A stretch of DNA of 63,709 bases, counting the filler, from Octopus bimaculoides (Eukaryota), in the NCBI RefSeq assembly GCF_001194135.2. It is 5 parts of 5 records of this genome, joined end to end, with 100 filler letters (N's around TTAATTAATTAA, not from the genome) between each part and the next. Parts side by side here need not be neighbours in the genome. Positions count along the whole stretch, not along the records: positions 17,051 to 48,699 come from NC_068996.1; 4 more parts are not named here. One strand, 5' to 3'. Below are positions 24,720 to 36,560 of this stretch, piece after piece. The position numbers and the translations under genes were made by a program. The notes beneath the pieces were generated by a model. It made no database searches. It was not told where the DNA came from and saw only the letters and a list, made by a program, of their open reading frames with translations. How positions within the stretch are numbered: position 1 is the first letter of the stretch; each line of letters begins with the position of its first letter.

Positions 24720-24875
24720 TAATAATAATAATATTGAAAAATACCTTAGGAATGAGAACCCAGGTTTGAAATTTCCCCAAGACACCTGATGAAGGCTGGA
24801 GGGTATATCAGCTGAAACGTTGTGTTAACAACAAACAAGATGAGGACAAATATCCATCAAATGTAAATAATGTAC
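24720..24875 (+). mobile_element. Penelope-type terminal repeat preceded by (AAT)n
   Basis: Inverted copy of 23693-23850. It carries the CTGATGAAG...GAAACG motif typical of PLE termini. Confidence 0.8.
24781..24826 (+). ncRNA. Minimal type-I hammerhead ribozyme motif (Penelope type)
   Basis: Stem I GACAC (24781-85) pairs with GTGTT (24822-26). Core CTGATGA (24786-92). Stem II GGCTG (24794-98) pairs with CAGCT (24809-13). GAAAC at 24814-18. NUH = GTT (24819-21). The palindrome AACGTT replaces stem III. Confidence 0.6.
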
Positions 24876-25252
24876 TTTGTTTATACACAGACAAAATGCT
24901 CTAATAAACAAAGCAAAAATTTTTGTAGTATTCTCTGTGAAAGTTCTGCAACCCTAGATAATCCAGATGTAGCCCAGAGTTTAAGAAACTATCATCATCA
25001 TCATCATTTCACATTCACTTTTACCAGCTTGCATGGTTAGATGGAACTTCTTGTGATAATTTTTCTATGATCAGATGCCCTTCCTGTTGTTAACCCTCAC
25101 CTGTTTTCCCATGGCATGATACATTTTTCTATTTTTCTACAGAAGACCAGAGGCAAACATTTCTTCTATGACAGTCATGCATATTTACAACAATCACATG
25201 ACGTCAGGAAAAGAGTACGTACATACATGCATACATACATACATACATACAT

Positions 25253-26925
25253 GATGATGGCCATCCATTTGTGACTGAGAAAAACTATTATTGACCTTTA
25301 GGAACACTGTGCACTAAAGACTACCTTATACTTTACACTAGCGGCTCCATTGGTGACTAATGAGCCCTACTCTTGACAAACATACATGACTGCAAACATT
25401 GCAAACCAAGCTTTCCCTATTCATTACACTAGCACTTAAATTCTCCATGAAGAATACGTGCTCTTTCAAAGGTATCGACTCCCTCCTTTACTTGTTTCCT
25501 CCATCAGTGGTGATGACAAGCATTGCTCTCCCAGTCAGCCTCCAACATTTCACAGGCCTTTAATGAGGATTTTACACAGTCCTTAAATCGCAGTCTTGGC
25601 TTCCACTAACAAGTTCCCCCTATAGCATCTGTTTAAGAATCCTGCTATCATTCATTCTAACAAGGTGTCCAGTCTAACATAACCAGTATTTGTGCACCAT
25701 CACCTCAATACTCAAGATATCGGCTTTCCTCAGTTTTTAAGGTCCAGCCAACATTCAGAATGTGTCTCAGACATCTCTGATGGAAACATTCAAGGACCTT
25801 TACATGACGTTTGTAAAGGGTTCATGTCTCACAAGAGTAAAGGAACAATGTCAGTACACATGTACAGTACACAGCAATTTTTGTTCACCTTGTGATGCCA
25901 TGTTGGGACCAGACATGAAACTCAAGAGACCTGAAGGATATTTCATTATCCAGGGAGCAAGAACAGCCAAGTACGCTGCCCAGGTAGAGAAATGGGTCTA
26001 CCACTTTTAGTATTGTTCCTTCAACCATGATAGTTGGTTCCACATATAGGTTTCCTGGTGCAGGCTGGAACATTACAACAGTCTTGTCCAGGTTAATGCT
26101 GAGTCCAAATACCTTGCAAGAAGCAGAAATATGATTCACAAGTACTTGCAAATCATCTGCTGGATGAGTAACTAAGTCACTGTCATCTGCTTAAAGATCA
26201 CAAATAAGAGACCGGAAAACTTTTGAATTGGCAGCAAATCAACGCAGGTTAAAAAGACAGCCAGAAGATCGATATCTAACATATATCCCAGGAGAGCTGT
26301 CCACAGCAAAAGCATGAGTAAGAGTAGCAGCAAAGTACAGAGAAAAGAGAGTTGGGGTAAGGATGTCATCCTGCTTGACACCATTCTCTACAGGAATGGG
26401 TACCACCATGCCACCACCAACACTGACCCAAGCCCCCATCTCGTCATGAAATTGTTTGATTATTGATACAAAGTGATCCAGTCATCCAAGTCTGCCAAAT
26501 ATTTTCCATAGGGAGGCCCTATTCACAGTATCAAAGGCCTTGGTTAAGTCAATGAATACCTGGATGAGATCCATGTTCTGCATCTGTCTTGTTGTAGAAA
26601 TCATTTCTATCATTCCTCTTCCAGATCAGAAACCACATTCAGATTCAGATAGGACATCATTTACAAGACACCTATTCAGGCGGGTAAGAAGAATACTTGC
26701 CAACAGCTGATAGTAAAGTAATACCTCTGTAGTTGCCACACTCTACTTTGGCTCCCCTTCCTTTATAGAGAGGAAGAATAATTGCATCCTTCAAGTCCTA
26801 AGGCATTGCACCATCCCTCTAGATTACACCAATAAGTTCATGAAGGGACTGTGTGATGTGATCACCACCAAATCACAGAACCTCTGCACAAATACCATCC
26901 TTACCAGGTACCTTACCAAGATTCA
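25253..26925 (-). mobile_element. RTE-clade LINE, RT to 3' end (sense segment)
   Basis: PGKDGICAEV, GVKQDDILTPTLFSLYF (ORF 26239-26439), LSINLDKTVVMFQPAPG...FLYLGS (ORF 25885-26151) and KPRLRFKD. Confidence 0.9.
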
Positions 26926-26932
26926 ATTTACT

Positions 26933-27358
26933 TATCGCACTGCACTTGTTGCTCACAAGCTGAACTGTTATAACACTAACATAGCTGCACTTTCAGAGAC
27001 TCATATAGGTGATGGTCAGCTTGAGGAAGTAAGAGGTGAATACACCTTTTTTTGGAAGGGGAAACTGAAGGAGTGCAAAGAGGCTGGTGTTGGCTTTGCA
27101 GTTCGATCTGAAATCCTTAAGAAGTTGGAGGAGATTCCTGTCCTTATAAATGATCATCTAATGACTCTACATTTGCATCTGAGAGGTGGGCGGTTTGCGA
27201 CTTTATTAAGTGCCTCTGCACCTACTTTGACCAGTTGTGATGAAGATAAAACTATTTTTTATACCCAGCTGAGAGCCATAATTAGGAAAATCCCCAATTC
27301 TGATAAAGTCATTCTGCTGGGGGATTTCAATGCTAGGGTTAGAACAGATTGTCAGACA
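26933..27358 (+). mobile_element. RTE-clade LINE APE endonuclease segment, inverted relative to the adjacent RT
   Basis: ORF 26840-27442: RTALVAHKL...IAALSET...YTFFWKG...GVGFAV...SAPT...DKVILLGDFNARV. Confidence 0.9.
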
Positions 27359-27386
27359 TACAGACACGCATGCATACATACATACA

Positions 27387-28130
27387 TACGAGGAGGTACC
27401 CAAAAGAAACTGGAATTTTGCAATATTATTTTATTCACATAGTTTTACATGTTTATACTTATCGCCAAAGTATTCTGCATTTGAAGCAATGCATCAGTCC
27501 AGATGCATTTTGCACTGTTCGAAGCAGTCCTGGAACTCTTGCAAAGTGATGCCTTTTAATGCCAATCATAATTTTTTCTTCATCTCTTCCACATCTGCAA
27601 ATTCCATAGCACTAGCTTTTGATACCAGTGATAACCTTTGAAAAAAGGTCCAGATCAACTTCCAGCTGTTCTTTCAGTTCACAACATGCATACAATCATG
27701 ACTGCTTTTGATCTTCTGTGAGCAAGCGTGGCACAAATTTTGCTGCAACTCTTCATTCACAATTCCTCACTCAAAATTTGTTGGCAGGAACTCCAGGACA
27801 CACCCATCATATTAACAAATTTGTCAATTGCTCAGTGATGGTCCTCCAAGATCAGTTCATGAAATTTTGTGATGTTTTCATTCGTTCAGGAAGTCAACAT
27901 TTGCCCTGAACAAGGTTGGTCTTCAAGTGATGAGTGACCATTCCTAAAGCATGAACTTGTGTTCTATTCATGGCAGCATCCTTGTAAGCTGTTTGAAATA
28001 TAACTGTTTCAGCCACTGTTTTCCCCAGCAGAAAAACAGAATTTCATGGAAGCATGCTGTTCCTTCATTCCAGCCATCACAAAGATCAATGAACAGGGGA
28101 GAAGCACTGCAAAACAACAATGCACCACAT
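27387..28130 (-). mobile_element. Internally deleted mariner element
   Basis: TA+CGAGGAGGTACCCAAAAGAAACTGGAAT TIR-like end. The minus strand gives MKEQHASMKFCF, GVSWSSCQQILSEEL*MKRVAAKFVPR and the C-terminal FADVEEMKK...FQDCFEQ...CIASNAEYF. The catalytic DDD region is missing. Confidence 0.85.
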
Positions 28131-29639
28131 GGCACTTGATGATGTGTGGTCTAGCAGCAGAAGCCTGAACTACAATGGGCTTGTCCCACAGAGAATGTTT
28201 CCGCTTACTTTTGCATACGTACCTTCTCATATGTCTAATTAGGAAATTCCCCAGAAAAGGGAAAGGAGGAAAAAAAGGGAAAAGGAAAGGCTCTCTTGGC
28301 CAAGTGGTGGTGGTGGTAGTGGTGAGATTGAGAGGGAAGAGAGGTAATTTTTATGTCAAGGACAAGCAGGTCTCTTGCTATAGAGATGATACATAGCAAC
28401 TCTGCATTTATATAAGGGTGGGAGGAGTATCTGAGAAAAAGGTAAGATGGTGGCGATGAAGTACAAGAGCAAAACCCTCAAGAAGCAAGAGATGATATGG
28501 GCAGTGGATCAACGGGAGTGGGTAGTTACATGAGTGTGAGAGAGAATACCAGATAGAGTTTGGATGAGATGTGAATGTAGTGAATTATGAACAGGAGTGG
28601 AGGTGTAGCTTGATGGGAAATATCAGTATGGCCTGGGGGGGGGGGTAAGATGAGTGAGACAGGGGTGCTTCAAGGATGATAGTTCAGGGAATAAATGATT
28701 AGCAAGGCATAGCAGATGTATATAAGTGGTAGCATTAGTGAGTGTGCATAGTGGCAGACATGAGAGAGGGTGTCGGGAATGTTAGCCAATACAGTCCTAT
28801 CTGTTTTCTTGCTTACTTGAACCTTGGTCTTTGTTAAGATAACCTTAAGTTGCAAGAAAAACAAAATGTAGGAAGGAAACTTCCATTTCATCCTCAGTTA
28901 TGAGGTAAAAGCACACAGGTGAGTATCAAGCAAATGTCACCTTCAAATATTAATTCTGAGTTTAAGAAAGCAAGAAAATAAACATGATACCAATGTTTAC
29001 AAAAAATTTTCTTCATCATTTTTGATGTATTCAACATGGATTTATTATAAATTTTATATATAATTTAACGATCATTGTAATTGATGGATTCCTAAATTTA
29101 ATAGGCATCAAATATTGAAGTACTTTCCAGTTGATTTTCTTGATATTTCTTAGATAGCTATAAGGAACTGAATGTAGCTTGCTCAACATAAGAGTTGTAA
29201 AGTGATTTGGAAATTTAAGTGTACAATAGCCTATGCAGGTATTTTACAAGCTAATATTCAACCTTTTCATGACCATATTTTAGTGAAAGACACTGCCATG
29301 TTTCAATTAATATAGCAAACAATAAAAAAAATTGGAAGGATTCACTAAAATAATTAACTTTCAAAACATTATTAAGCTGGTATTTTAAACATAACAAAAT
29401 TATCATGTGAAATTATGTTGAACAGTTTTAATTCACATATGAATGCTTTAGAATAAGTTATACATCACAAAAGCATAAGTAAACTCAGATGTCAAAAAGG
29501 TTAAACTACAATCTAAATTTGTGGTAAACTACTCCAAATATCCTTTGGTATTATTCAGGTATTTATTATTTTGCCCTGAAAAGATAGTAAGGTAGCAGAA
29601 TGGGAAAATGCTAGAATATAGACTTGTAGTTTCATACTC

Positions 29640-31150
29640 CACCTATCCATTTTCTTCGCCCACTATTCCTGAGAAGGCCACCATCTCCATAGGCTCCTAT
29701 CAGAAACAACCATTATTACACTTTTCGGCTGGATTGCCACATGTGACCAACTAAGAGTATGGATACTACCCCACCATCTCAATCTTGGTCTACCCCTAAT
29801 TCTCCTGTCAGTTGACTTGGCTTGAAGAATCTGTCTTGTGATTTTTTCCAGCAGCAGTCCATAGTATCAGACCTGTGATCTCCCAATGAGAAGTAATAGC
29901 TCAGCCTGGAAAGACTCCCTGATCTCCAAGCTACCACAACCTATTTAATAACATTGATCCAGAGATCCTTTGAAGGAATCCTGTTTCAGTCACTTGATTT
30001 TGTGATCATATTCTTTTAGTCATTACCCAACATTCATGACCATAGGTGAGGATAGGCATGTAAACTGAATTGAAGGTACCAAGTTTAGCTTTTTTTTATA
30101 TTTTTTTACCAAACTCTCCTCTTCTGAGGACTGAATGCTGAAACTGGAATGTTACTGTACCAGCACCTGCAACCCTAGCATCACTTCAGCCTCTGCTTCC
30201 CATTACTTATCAATATGACCTTGAGATACTTTATCTTCTCCACTTGTCACAGTAATGTTCCACTAATGTGCAGAATGAGGGAAACTATGTCACTGTCTTC
30301 ACATCACTTAGTTCTCATCTCTGTCTTGAAGTATTTTGCAGTGAACCCATTCAGTGCATGCTGGAGATCACCTTTTGATTATCCAAGTAGAACCATGGCA
30401 TCTACAAATATCAGCTGACTGATCCTATATCCACCAATTGTGGTATCACTCCCATGAAATCTGTGCATGTCAATCCAATTCATGAAAATTATGAAAAGTA
30501 GAGGTGACAGTATACACACTGCTGAAATCCAACATCCACTTTGAAATGTTCTGACTTAACACCATTTACCTGAACACAAATATCTGGACATTCATACAGG
30601 GATTTCATGGCAACTGGAAGTTGCTCATTAACATCAAACTTTTGCAAAACCCTCCACAGCATATCCTATGGCATGTGATCATATGTCTTATCAAAGTCTA
30701 CAAAGCACACACCTCTTGACAATATTCCAATGACTTCTTGAAAATCTGCAATAGAGTGAGTATCTGGTAGGTTGTGCTGCATCCAGGATAGAAGCCACAC
30801 TGTTCTTCAGCTACCTTGAGCTTAACAATTTCCTTAACATATCTTTTCTAGATACCTAGCATAGACTTTACAAGGGAGGCTCAAGGAGATTCCTCTATAA
30901 TTAGAGTACTCTCTTTTGTCTCTCTTATTAAAAATTGGAATTATTATTCCAAATAGTCATTGCTTTGATGTCTTTTCAAGGTCCAAGCCACCTATTATAC
31001 ATGAGTCAACCAGAGAAATACTTTCTCTATTTAAGGCTTTTAACATCTCTGGCCCTATTTCATCCTCACTGGCAGCCTTGCCACATTTGAGTGCTTTAAT
31101 TATCTTTATGACTTCAGCTTCTGTGAGTTTCGACTTTTTCCCAAGATGCA
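29640..31150 (-). mobile_element. Decayed RTE-clade LINE (RT to 3' end)
   Basis: ORF 30957-31151 EVIKIIKALKCGKAASEDEIGPEMLKAL, and a 3' GRIRGRPRLRW-like motif near 29780. Confidence 0.8.
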
Positions 31151-31470
31151 CTTCATGTTATACTTTTGAATTTCAATTAATAAAATAAATTGTAATATAA
31201 AGTTTTTGATCAGGAAAAAAGTATTATCTTCACTGATAACATAATATTAAGTTTTTGTTTACACCTTTCTGTTGCTTGTGAGAAATCCTCTACTTATAAT
31301 AGGAATAGGATCTTCCTTTCCTATTCATATCTTTTTATTAGTCTCTTACTATGACATGTTAGTGGATATTTACCTTTCAACTTTACATTTAGATATAATT
31401 TTCTGCTATATCATTTATTCTTTGCATTTGCAAATGTTATACTGTTGACATTGTTTGAAAAATAATTTAC

Positions 31471-31536
31471 CTCATTCTGTGCAACTTCAGAACAATTTTC
31501 AAATGCTTTGCAAGTACTTTCCTTTTTTTCTTCAGC
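31471..31536 (-). CDS. SNX-BAR protein exon (AEEKKESTCKAFENCSEVAQNE)
   Basis: Acceptor ctccatttgacag, donor GAG|gtaaat, 66 nt, phase 0-0. Matches SNX6 AETSQQLCCQKFEKISESAKQE by eye. Confidence 0.88.
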
Positions 31537-32519
31537 CTGTCAAATGGAGAGCGACACCATTTATTATAATAGAAACAAATGATATTCTTCAATAATAGTA
31601 AGAAAGTTTACAGGAAATTAAAAAATAACAAGAATATGATAATTTTATGACAATTAATTATAATTTTTCATTGGAAAAAAAAATAGAAAGAAATCAATAA
31701 AACCTTTCTTTTGAATGAACAATTTAAAATTTCTTATAAATAACTAATATTTACAAATATCCCTCTTGAGATCCTCTATTGACATCATCTAATACAAGAG
31801 TGGCCAAACTTGCTTAACATAAGAGCCACATCTGATAAAGTTCAGATGTTTATACACTGTGTTTACATTTGCATCTATGCCTATTTGTGTTCTGCAGCTT
31901 AGGTTGATAAAATAAGTACTGGGGGTGCTATGATCAATCAATTACAATGAAGGCAATAGCCCAGCATTGCCACCATCTAATGTCTAAAACCCATAAAATA
32001 AAAGGGTGCAGTTCAGATGGAAGCACAGCTTTTAATCTCCCATTATTCTTGGTATTTTGGAGGATCTTTTCCAATTTTTAAAAAATTTTGTGTTCAACTA
32101 ACTCTATCACATACAATTTTACAAAAAAAAAAAAATATTTTTATATACTCCTAAACTCCTTTAAGTTTGAGATTTTAAAGTTCATGTTTTTAAATAAGGA
32201 CATTACAAATATGTAATTTGTTCTTCTCATAAGTTCAAATTAAGTTTTGAAATCAAAATTTTTAATTTAAACAAAACTTTGCACATGCAAACACACACAC
32301 AAACTGGAAGACAAATATGCATATGTAAATTGAGCAGATTCGCTTTTTGGTTGTTTTGTTTAAATTTTAAAATTTCGATTTTAAAAGTTATTTTAAAATT
32401 ATGAGACGAAACAAATGATGTATTTATAATGTTTGCATTTAAAGATGTATATTATTCAAACTCAAACTAAGGATTTTTGCAGTGGATTTTTAAAAAATTA
32501 AGATTAAATTCTGTTGTGT

Positions 32520-32700
32520 CTGGGGAGAGTCATTTTTTATTGTGCCTTAAAATTTAACACACTCACCGTTAAAATTTCCACTTATTATTTTTATTTTCCT
32601 AAAATTTTCGTTGCGTCTTGCAGCCTTTTCAATAGTCTTGACTCTGTCCGTTATTTACATTGCGTTCTGTTTTTGCTTTTGTTTGTTTTTTGTTTTTTTG
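32520..32700. repeat. Dispersed repeat, second copy at 43175-43340
   Basis: Both share ggggagagtcatttt...aacacactcaccg...ttttcctaaaatt...ttttcaatagtc...ctctgtc...gcgttc. Confidence 0.8.
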
Positions 32701-32899
32701 CGCATGCGTGTGTCTCAGTGTGTGTGTATGTATATATGCATGTATGTGTGCAGAACACATAAATCAAAAAAAAATATTTTTGATGAAGTCCAAAAACACA
32801 TATGCGATATCAAAAGCTTTGCTTCCAAATTGAAACGCCACTATGAAGCAAATCGCAAAAAGTTTAAGCATAATGTGGGTAAGATATGAGCAGAGAAGG

Positions 32900-34170
32900 A
32901 ATTCCAGAAGTTTGATGTTCTTCGTAAGGAGAACTAGGGACAGTGGTTAGTTGGAGTAAGGGCGGGGGAAGGACTACACAACAAAGGTGATAAGAGGAGG
33001 GACAAGTGAAATGGGAACATCTGAGCAGAATGTTAGGGAGAAATGAGGGATAGTATTACCTGCATAAGAGTGAGTATTGTTGGAATTGGTGTAAAGTAAG
33101 TCATTGATGTATACAAAATGTAAGGGATGAGACCAAACCATGATGTATGAGGGCCAGACAGAGCACTAATGATACACATTATAATAGTACGCTCTGACAG
33201 AAAGCTACTGATACAAGAGAGACAAAAGAGAGAGTTGATAGGGTTTCAAAAAGAGATTTGCATGCCTAGTACAGTCAAATTTCAGCTCAACAACATTGCC
33301 TTCATCTAAATACCTCCAAGCAAGAGCTTGCAAGGTGACAGAAAAAAGTAGATCATTAGTGGATCTGCTTTTCTGGAAACCATAATACTGTTAGAATTAG
33401 AGAGAGCAGTGGGGAGGGAGGATTAAGGTGTAGAAGGATGTCATTGTTAATGGCTGTCTCTATCATCTTAGAAATTTTTAAAATAAGTGCAATCACATAA
33501 TAGTTGACTGGCTCAGAGGATTTGTCATTTTTAGGGATAGAACAAACTGTTGTGTGTTTCCAAAGGTCAGGATAGTTTATGTAGAGAAGGAGAGACTGAA
33601 GAGTGATAAGAGTAAGGTTAGCCCTGTTTGAGGGTAATGGAAGGGACAAGTGGCCTTGCTGGTTTGGACTAATATCAAATACTTTAATCTGTGGCATGTA
33701 TATTTGTAATATGGTGAATCTGGACAGGTGGAAGGTTTTAAATGTAGAAGAGATTTGCTAAACATGTGCAAAGTTGGTAATGAAGCTGAAGGCTTTCTCT
33801 GCAGGCCTACTGCTCACAAAACTGTCTTGTGAAGTAGAGAGAAAGAATGTTCTGCAAAGTTGGTGGAAATTCTTTTGACAGAGGATGAAAGGACTGACTA
33901 CAATCTGGAAGATAGAAGACCTTGAATTGTACAATGTATGACATCATCTTTTGCAATCTAAATGATGTATTTCTGGATAATTGTCACAGATTTTGATGAT
34001 AGGTGAGTTTTCCAGACATTTTAGGCTTTATTTTTTGTGTAAAAAGCTCCAGCACAATATATGACACATTAAATATTTTATATGACAAGGCAGATACTGT
34101 CAGTAGTATATGAAGAGGTGAAGATTCCCTAGTCTCTTGTAAACCATACTATATATCTGATAGTGTTTAC
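32900..34170 (-). mobile_element. Decayed L2/CR1/Jockey-type LINE (endonuclease end and RT)
   Basis: ORF 33356-33697 YPDLWKHTTVCSIPKNDKSSEPVNYYVIALILKISKMIETAINNDILLHL matches P..WK.A.V.PIPK....P.NYRPI.L...SK..E..IN. Confidence 0.75.
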
Positions 34171-34559
34171 TGGCCAATTTCTAATTTATTAACAATAGTA
34201 GCTTCAAATTATTGCCCTCCTGTCAATCATTATTAACTTCATAGATTACATACCATGTATTCCATCTTTTGTTTTAAATCTAATATTTAAACCATAATTA
34301 ACAATTATCATATGTTGTCAAGGATCCCTTCAACAGGATTTAGACAATCTGATAATATTTAAAGACACTAAGTCAGAAGTGTTATTTATAAAGAACTCCA
34401 TCATGTCAAACATCACGTTTCCATGAATACTTTTCATTTTAAAGAATACTTGCCTTACTCCAGGTATTTCATTAGGAATTATTGAGATCCCATGTTTCAT
34501 AATTTACTATTAATGAAGCTATTCTTCTAAGGTAATTATTTTTCTTCTATGTCTCATCT

Positions 34560-35550
34560 CATCTGTTTCACCCACTTATTCATGGGAGAGTCGTGGGTGC
34601 AGAATCCTCAAGCACACCTTCGTAGGGTCCTGTCAGAAGCAACAGTCTCCAGTTGATCCGGCTAATCAAGCAAGATCAACCAAACTCAATGATGTTATCC
34701 AACCATCTCATTCATGGTTTACCTCTAGGTCTCCTGCTGGTTGGTTTTGCCTGTAAAACTTGTCCAGCAATTCTTTCCTAAGACATTCTTACCAATGTTC
34801 ATTGTATTGGAGCTGTGACTTTTCAATTTGGAGAAGCAGTAGCTCTATCTGGATTACTTTTGTGATCTTTGAGCTATACACTTTATTGAGTAACGTTACT
34901 CCAATTAGTATTCTCCAGTGATACTCCAGCTGGCTGACTCATATAGCACAGATTGCCTGGATCTCTGAAAAGGCATTGACAATTGGGAATGATAATCCCA
35001 ATTTACAAAGAGGAGAACAATTATAGAGGAATCTTCTTGTTAAGCCTCCCCAGTAAAGTCTATGCTGGATGTTTGGTGAAGAGATGAAGGGATGTTATTG
35101 AGTCTAAGCTGGTTGAAGAACAGTGTGGTTTGCACCCTGGATGCAGTACAGCCCACCCAAATATTTACTGTGGTAGGTTTTTGAGAAACTGTGGGAGTAT
35201 GGTCAAGAGGTGTATGCTTGCTTCATAGACTTCAGAAAGACATACGACCATATTCTATTGGACTTGCTGTGGTAGGTTCTGCAGGAATATGGGATCAATG
35301 GATAGCTTCTTGTTGCTTTGAAGTCCCTATAGGAATACCCTAATATTTATGTTTGGATAAATGGTGCTAAGTCAAAGCCATTCAATGTAGGTGTTGCATC
35401 CTATTAGGGGTGCATACTGTTACCTCTCCTATTCATAATCTTTATGAACAGAATTTTATGCACAGCTGGGTTATAAGTGGTATTGAGACCTGCAAGTGTA
35501 GGATCAGTCAGCTGGAATTTGTAAATGACGTGGTACTATTCTCTTTGTCA
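34560..35550. mobile_element. RTE-clade LINE with internal inversion (3' end on minus 34560-34977; RT core on plus 34978-35550)
   Basis: Plus strand: IIPIYK..NYRGI.LLSLP.KVYA, EEQCG, EFVNDVVL (FADD-like). Minus strand: LYESASW...GRPRG-like 3' domain. Confidence 0.75.
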
Positions 35551-35668
35551 TTTTTAAAAAATATCTACCAATGTTTGAGAACACAAGTAAATTGGCTTCA
35601 TGCCAGTTGTCTTTAATTTTGTTAGCTCTTTTTTGATTCTTATAGAAAACAGAAATCAAGAAACTTAC

Positions 35669-35758
35669 TTGTTGTTTTTTGGGGGGTTTTGCCTTTTCCA
35701 ACAATCGATTAGCATTTTCAAAATCAACAAGGAGACATGTACGCCGGAATAACATCTC
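35669..35758 (-). CDS. SNX-BAR protein exon (EMLFRRTCLLVDFENANRLLEKAKPPKKQQ)
   Basis: Acceptor ttggttttgtag, donor CAA|gtaagt, 90 nt, phase 0-0, inside ORF 35504-35755. Matches SNX6 DLLYRRSRSLVDYENANKALDKARAK. Confidence 0.95.
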
Positions 35759-36189
35759 CTACAAAACCAACAAAATGTAGGAACATGTAGATAAAACAAC
35801 TTAACAAAGACATTTCTGTTTGAAAGCTTAGTTTAGTTAGATCAAGAGTAGAGGTGACAACTTTTTTAGATCTCTCTGAACCAGATGAAAAAGAAAGTTA
35901 TTTTAACATGAATTGGGGTCATTTTGAACTTATGAAGGGTAATTATTGTGTGCATGTGTGCATAGAAAGAAATAAAAAAAATTACTTTGAAAATGAATTA
36001 ACTAATTTTAACTAATTTAAAAGGAATTCATCTCCAATATTATCAAAGCTAAAATATATTAAAACAGCTAGAAATCAGATTGAAGTTACAAAACATTAAG
36101 ATATCCAGGTTTAAGATTTACTTGTTATCAGACATGTAAAGTTTTAAAGAAAACTCTGTGCTGATTGGAAGATCCCAAGAGTATTTCCA

Positions 36190-36560
36190 GCTCATCATAC
36201 TGTAACTTAGAAACATGGAATGGAATTTTATTTTTACTTGCTGCATTTGAAAGAAGGAACAATGCTCATAGCCTTCACAAGCCTTCATAGGTTGGTGAGA
36301 TGATGCTATTATGTTCTTCTTTAACCTATGCAAATCAACACCTGGAGTAAAGATATGAGCAGGTATGAAGTTCCAGAAGGTTGTTGTTCTAGAAGGCAAG
36401 ATTGAGTGTAGTGATTAATGTGGTGAGTGAGGAGTTGGACACAACAAAGATCACAAGATGAGGAAATTCAAGTAGAATGGGGCAGCCTATAAGTAGATAA
36501 TATAAGCCCAACCAGCTCCAATTTTAATAATAAGGCTTGATGAAATAATACAGGAGATAG
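36190..36560 (-). mobile_element. 3' end of an L2/CR1/Jockey-type LINE
   Basis: ORF 36118-36399 PSRTTTFWNFIPAHIFTPGVDLHRLKKNI matches the RT..LWN.LP..VF...DL..FK..I terminal motif. Confidence 0.6.
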
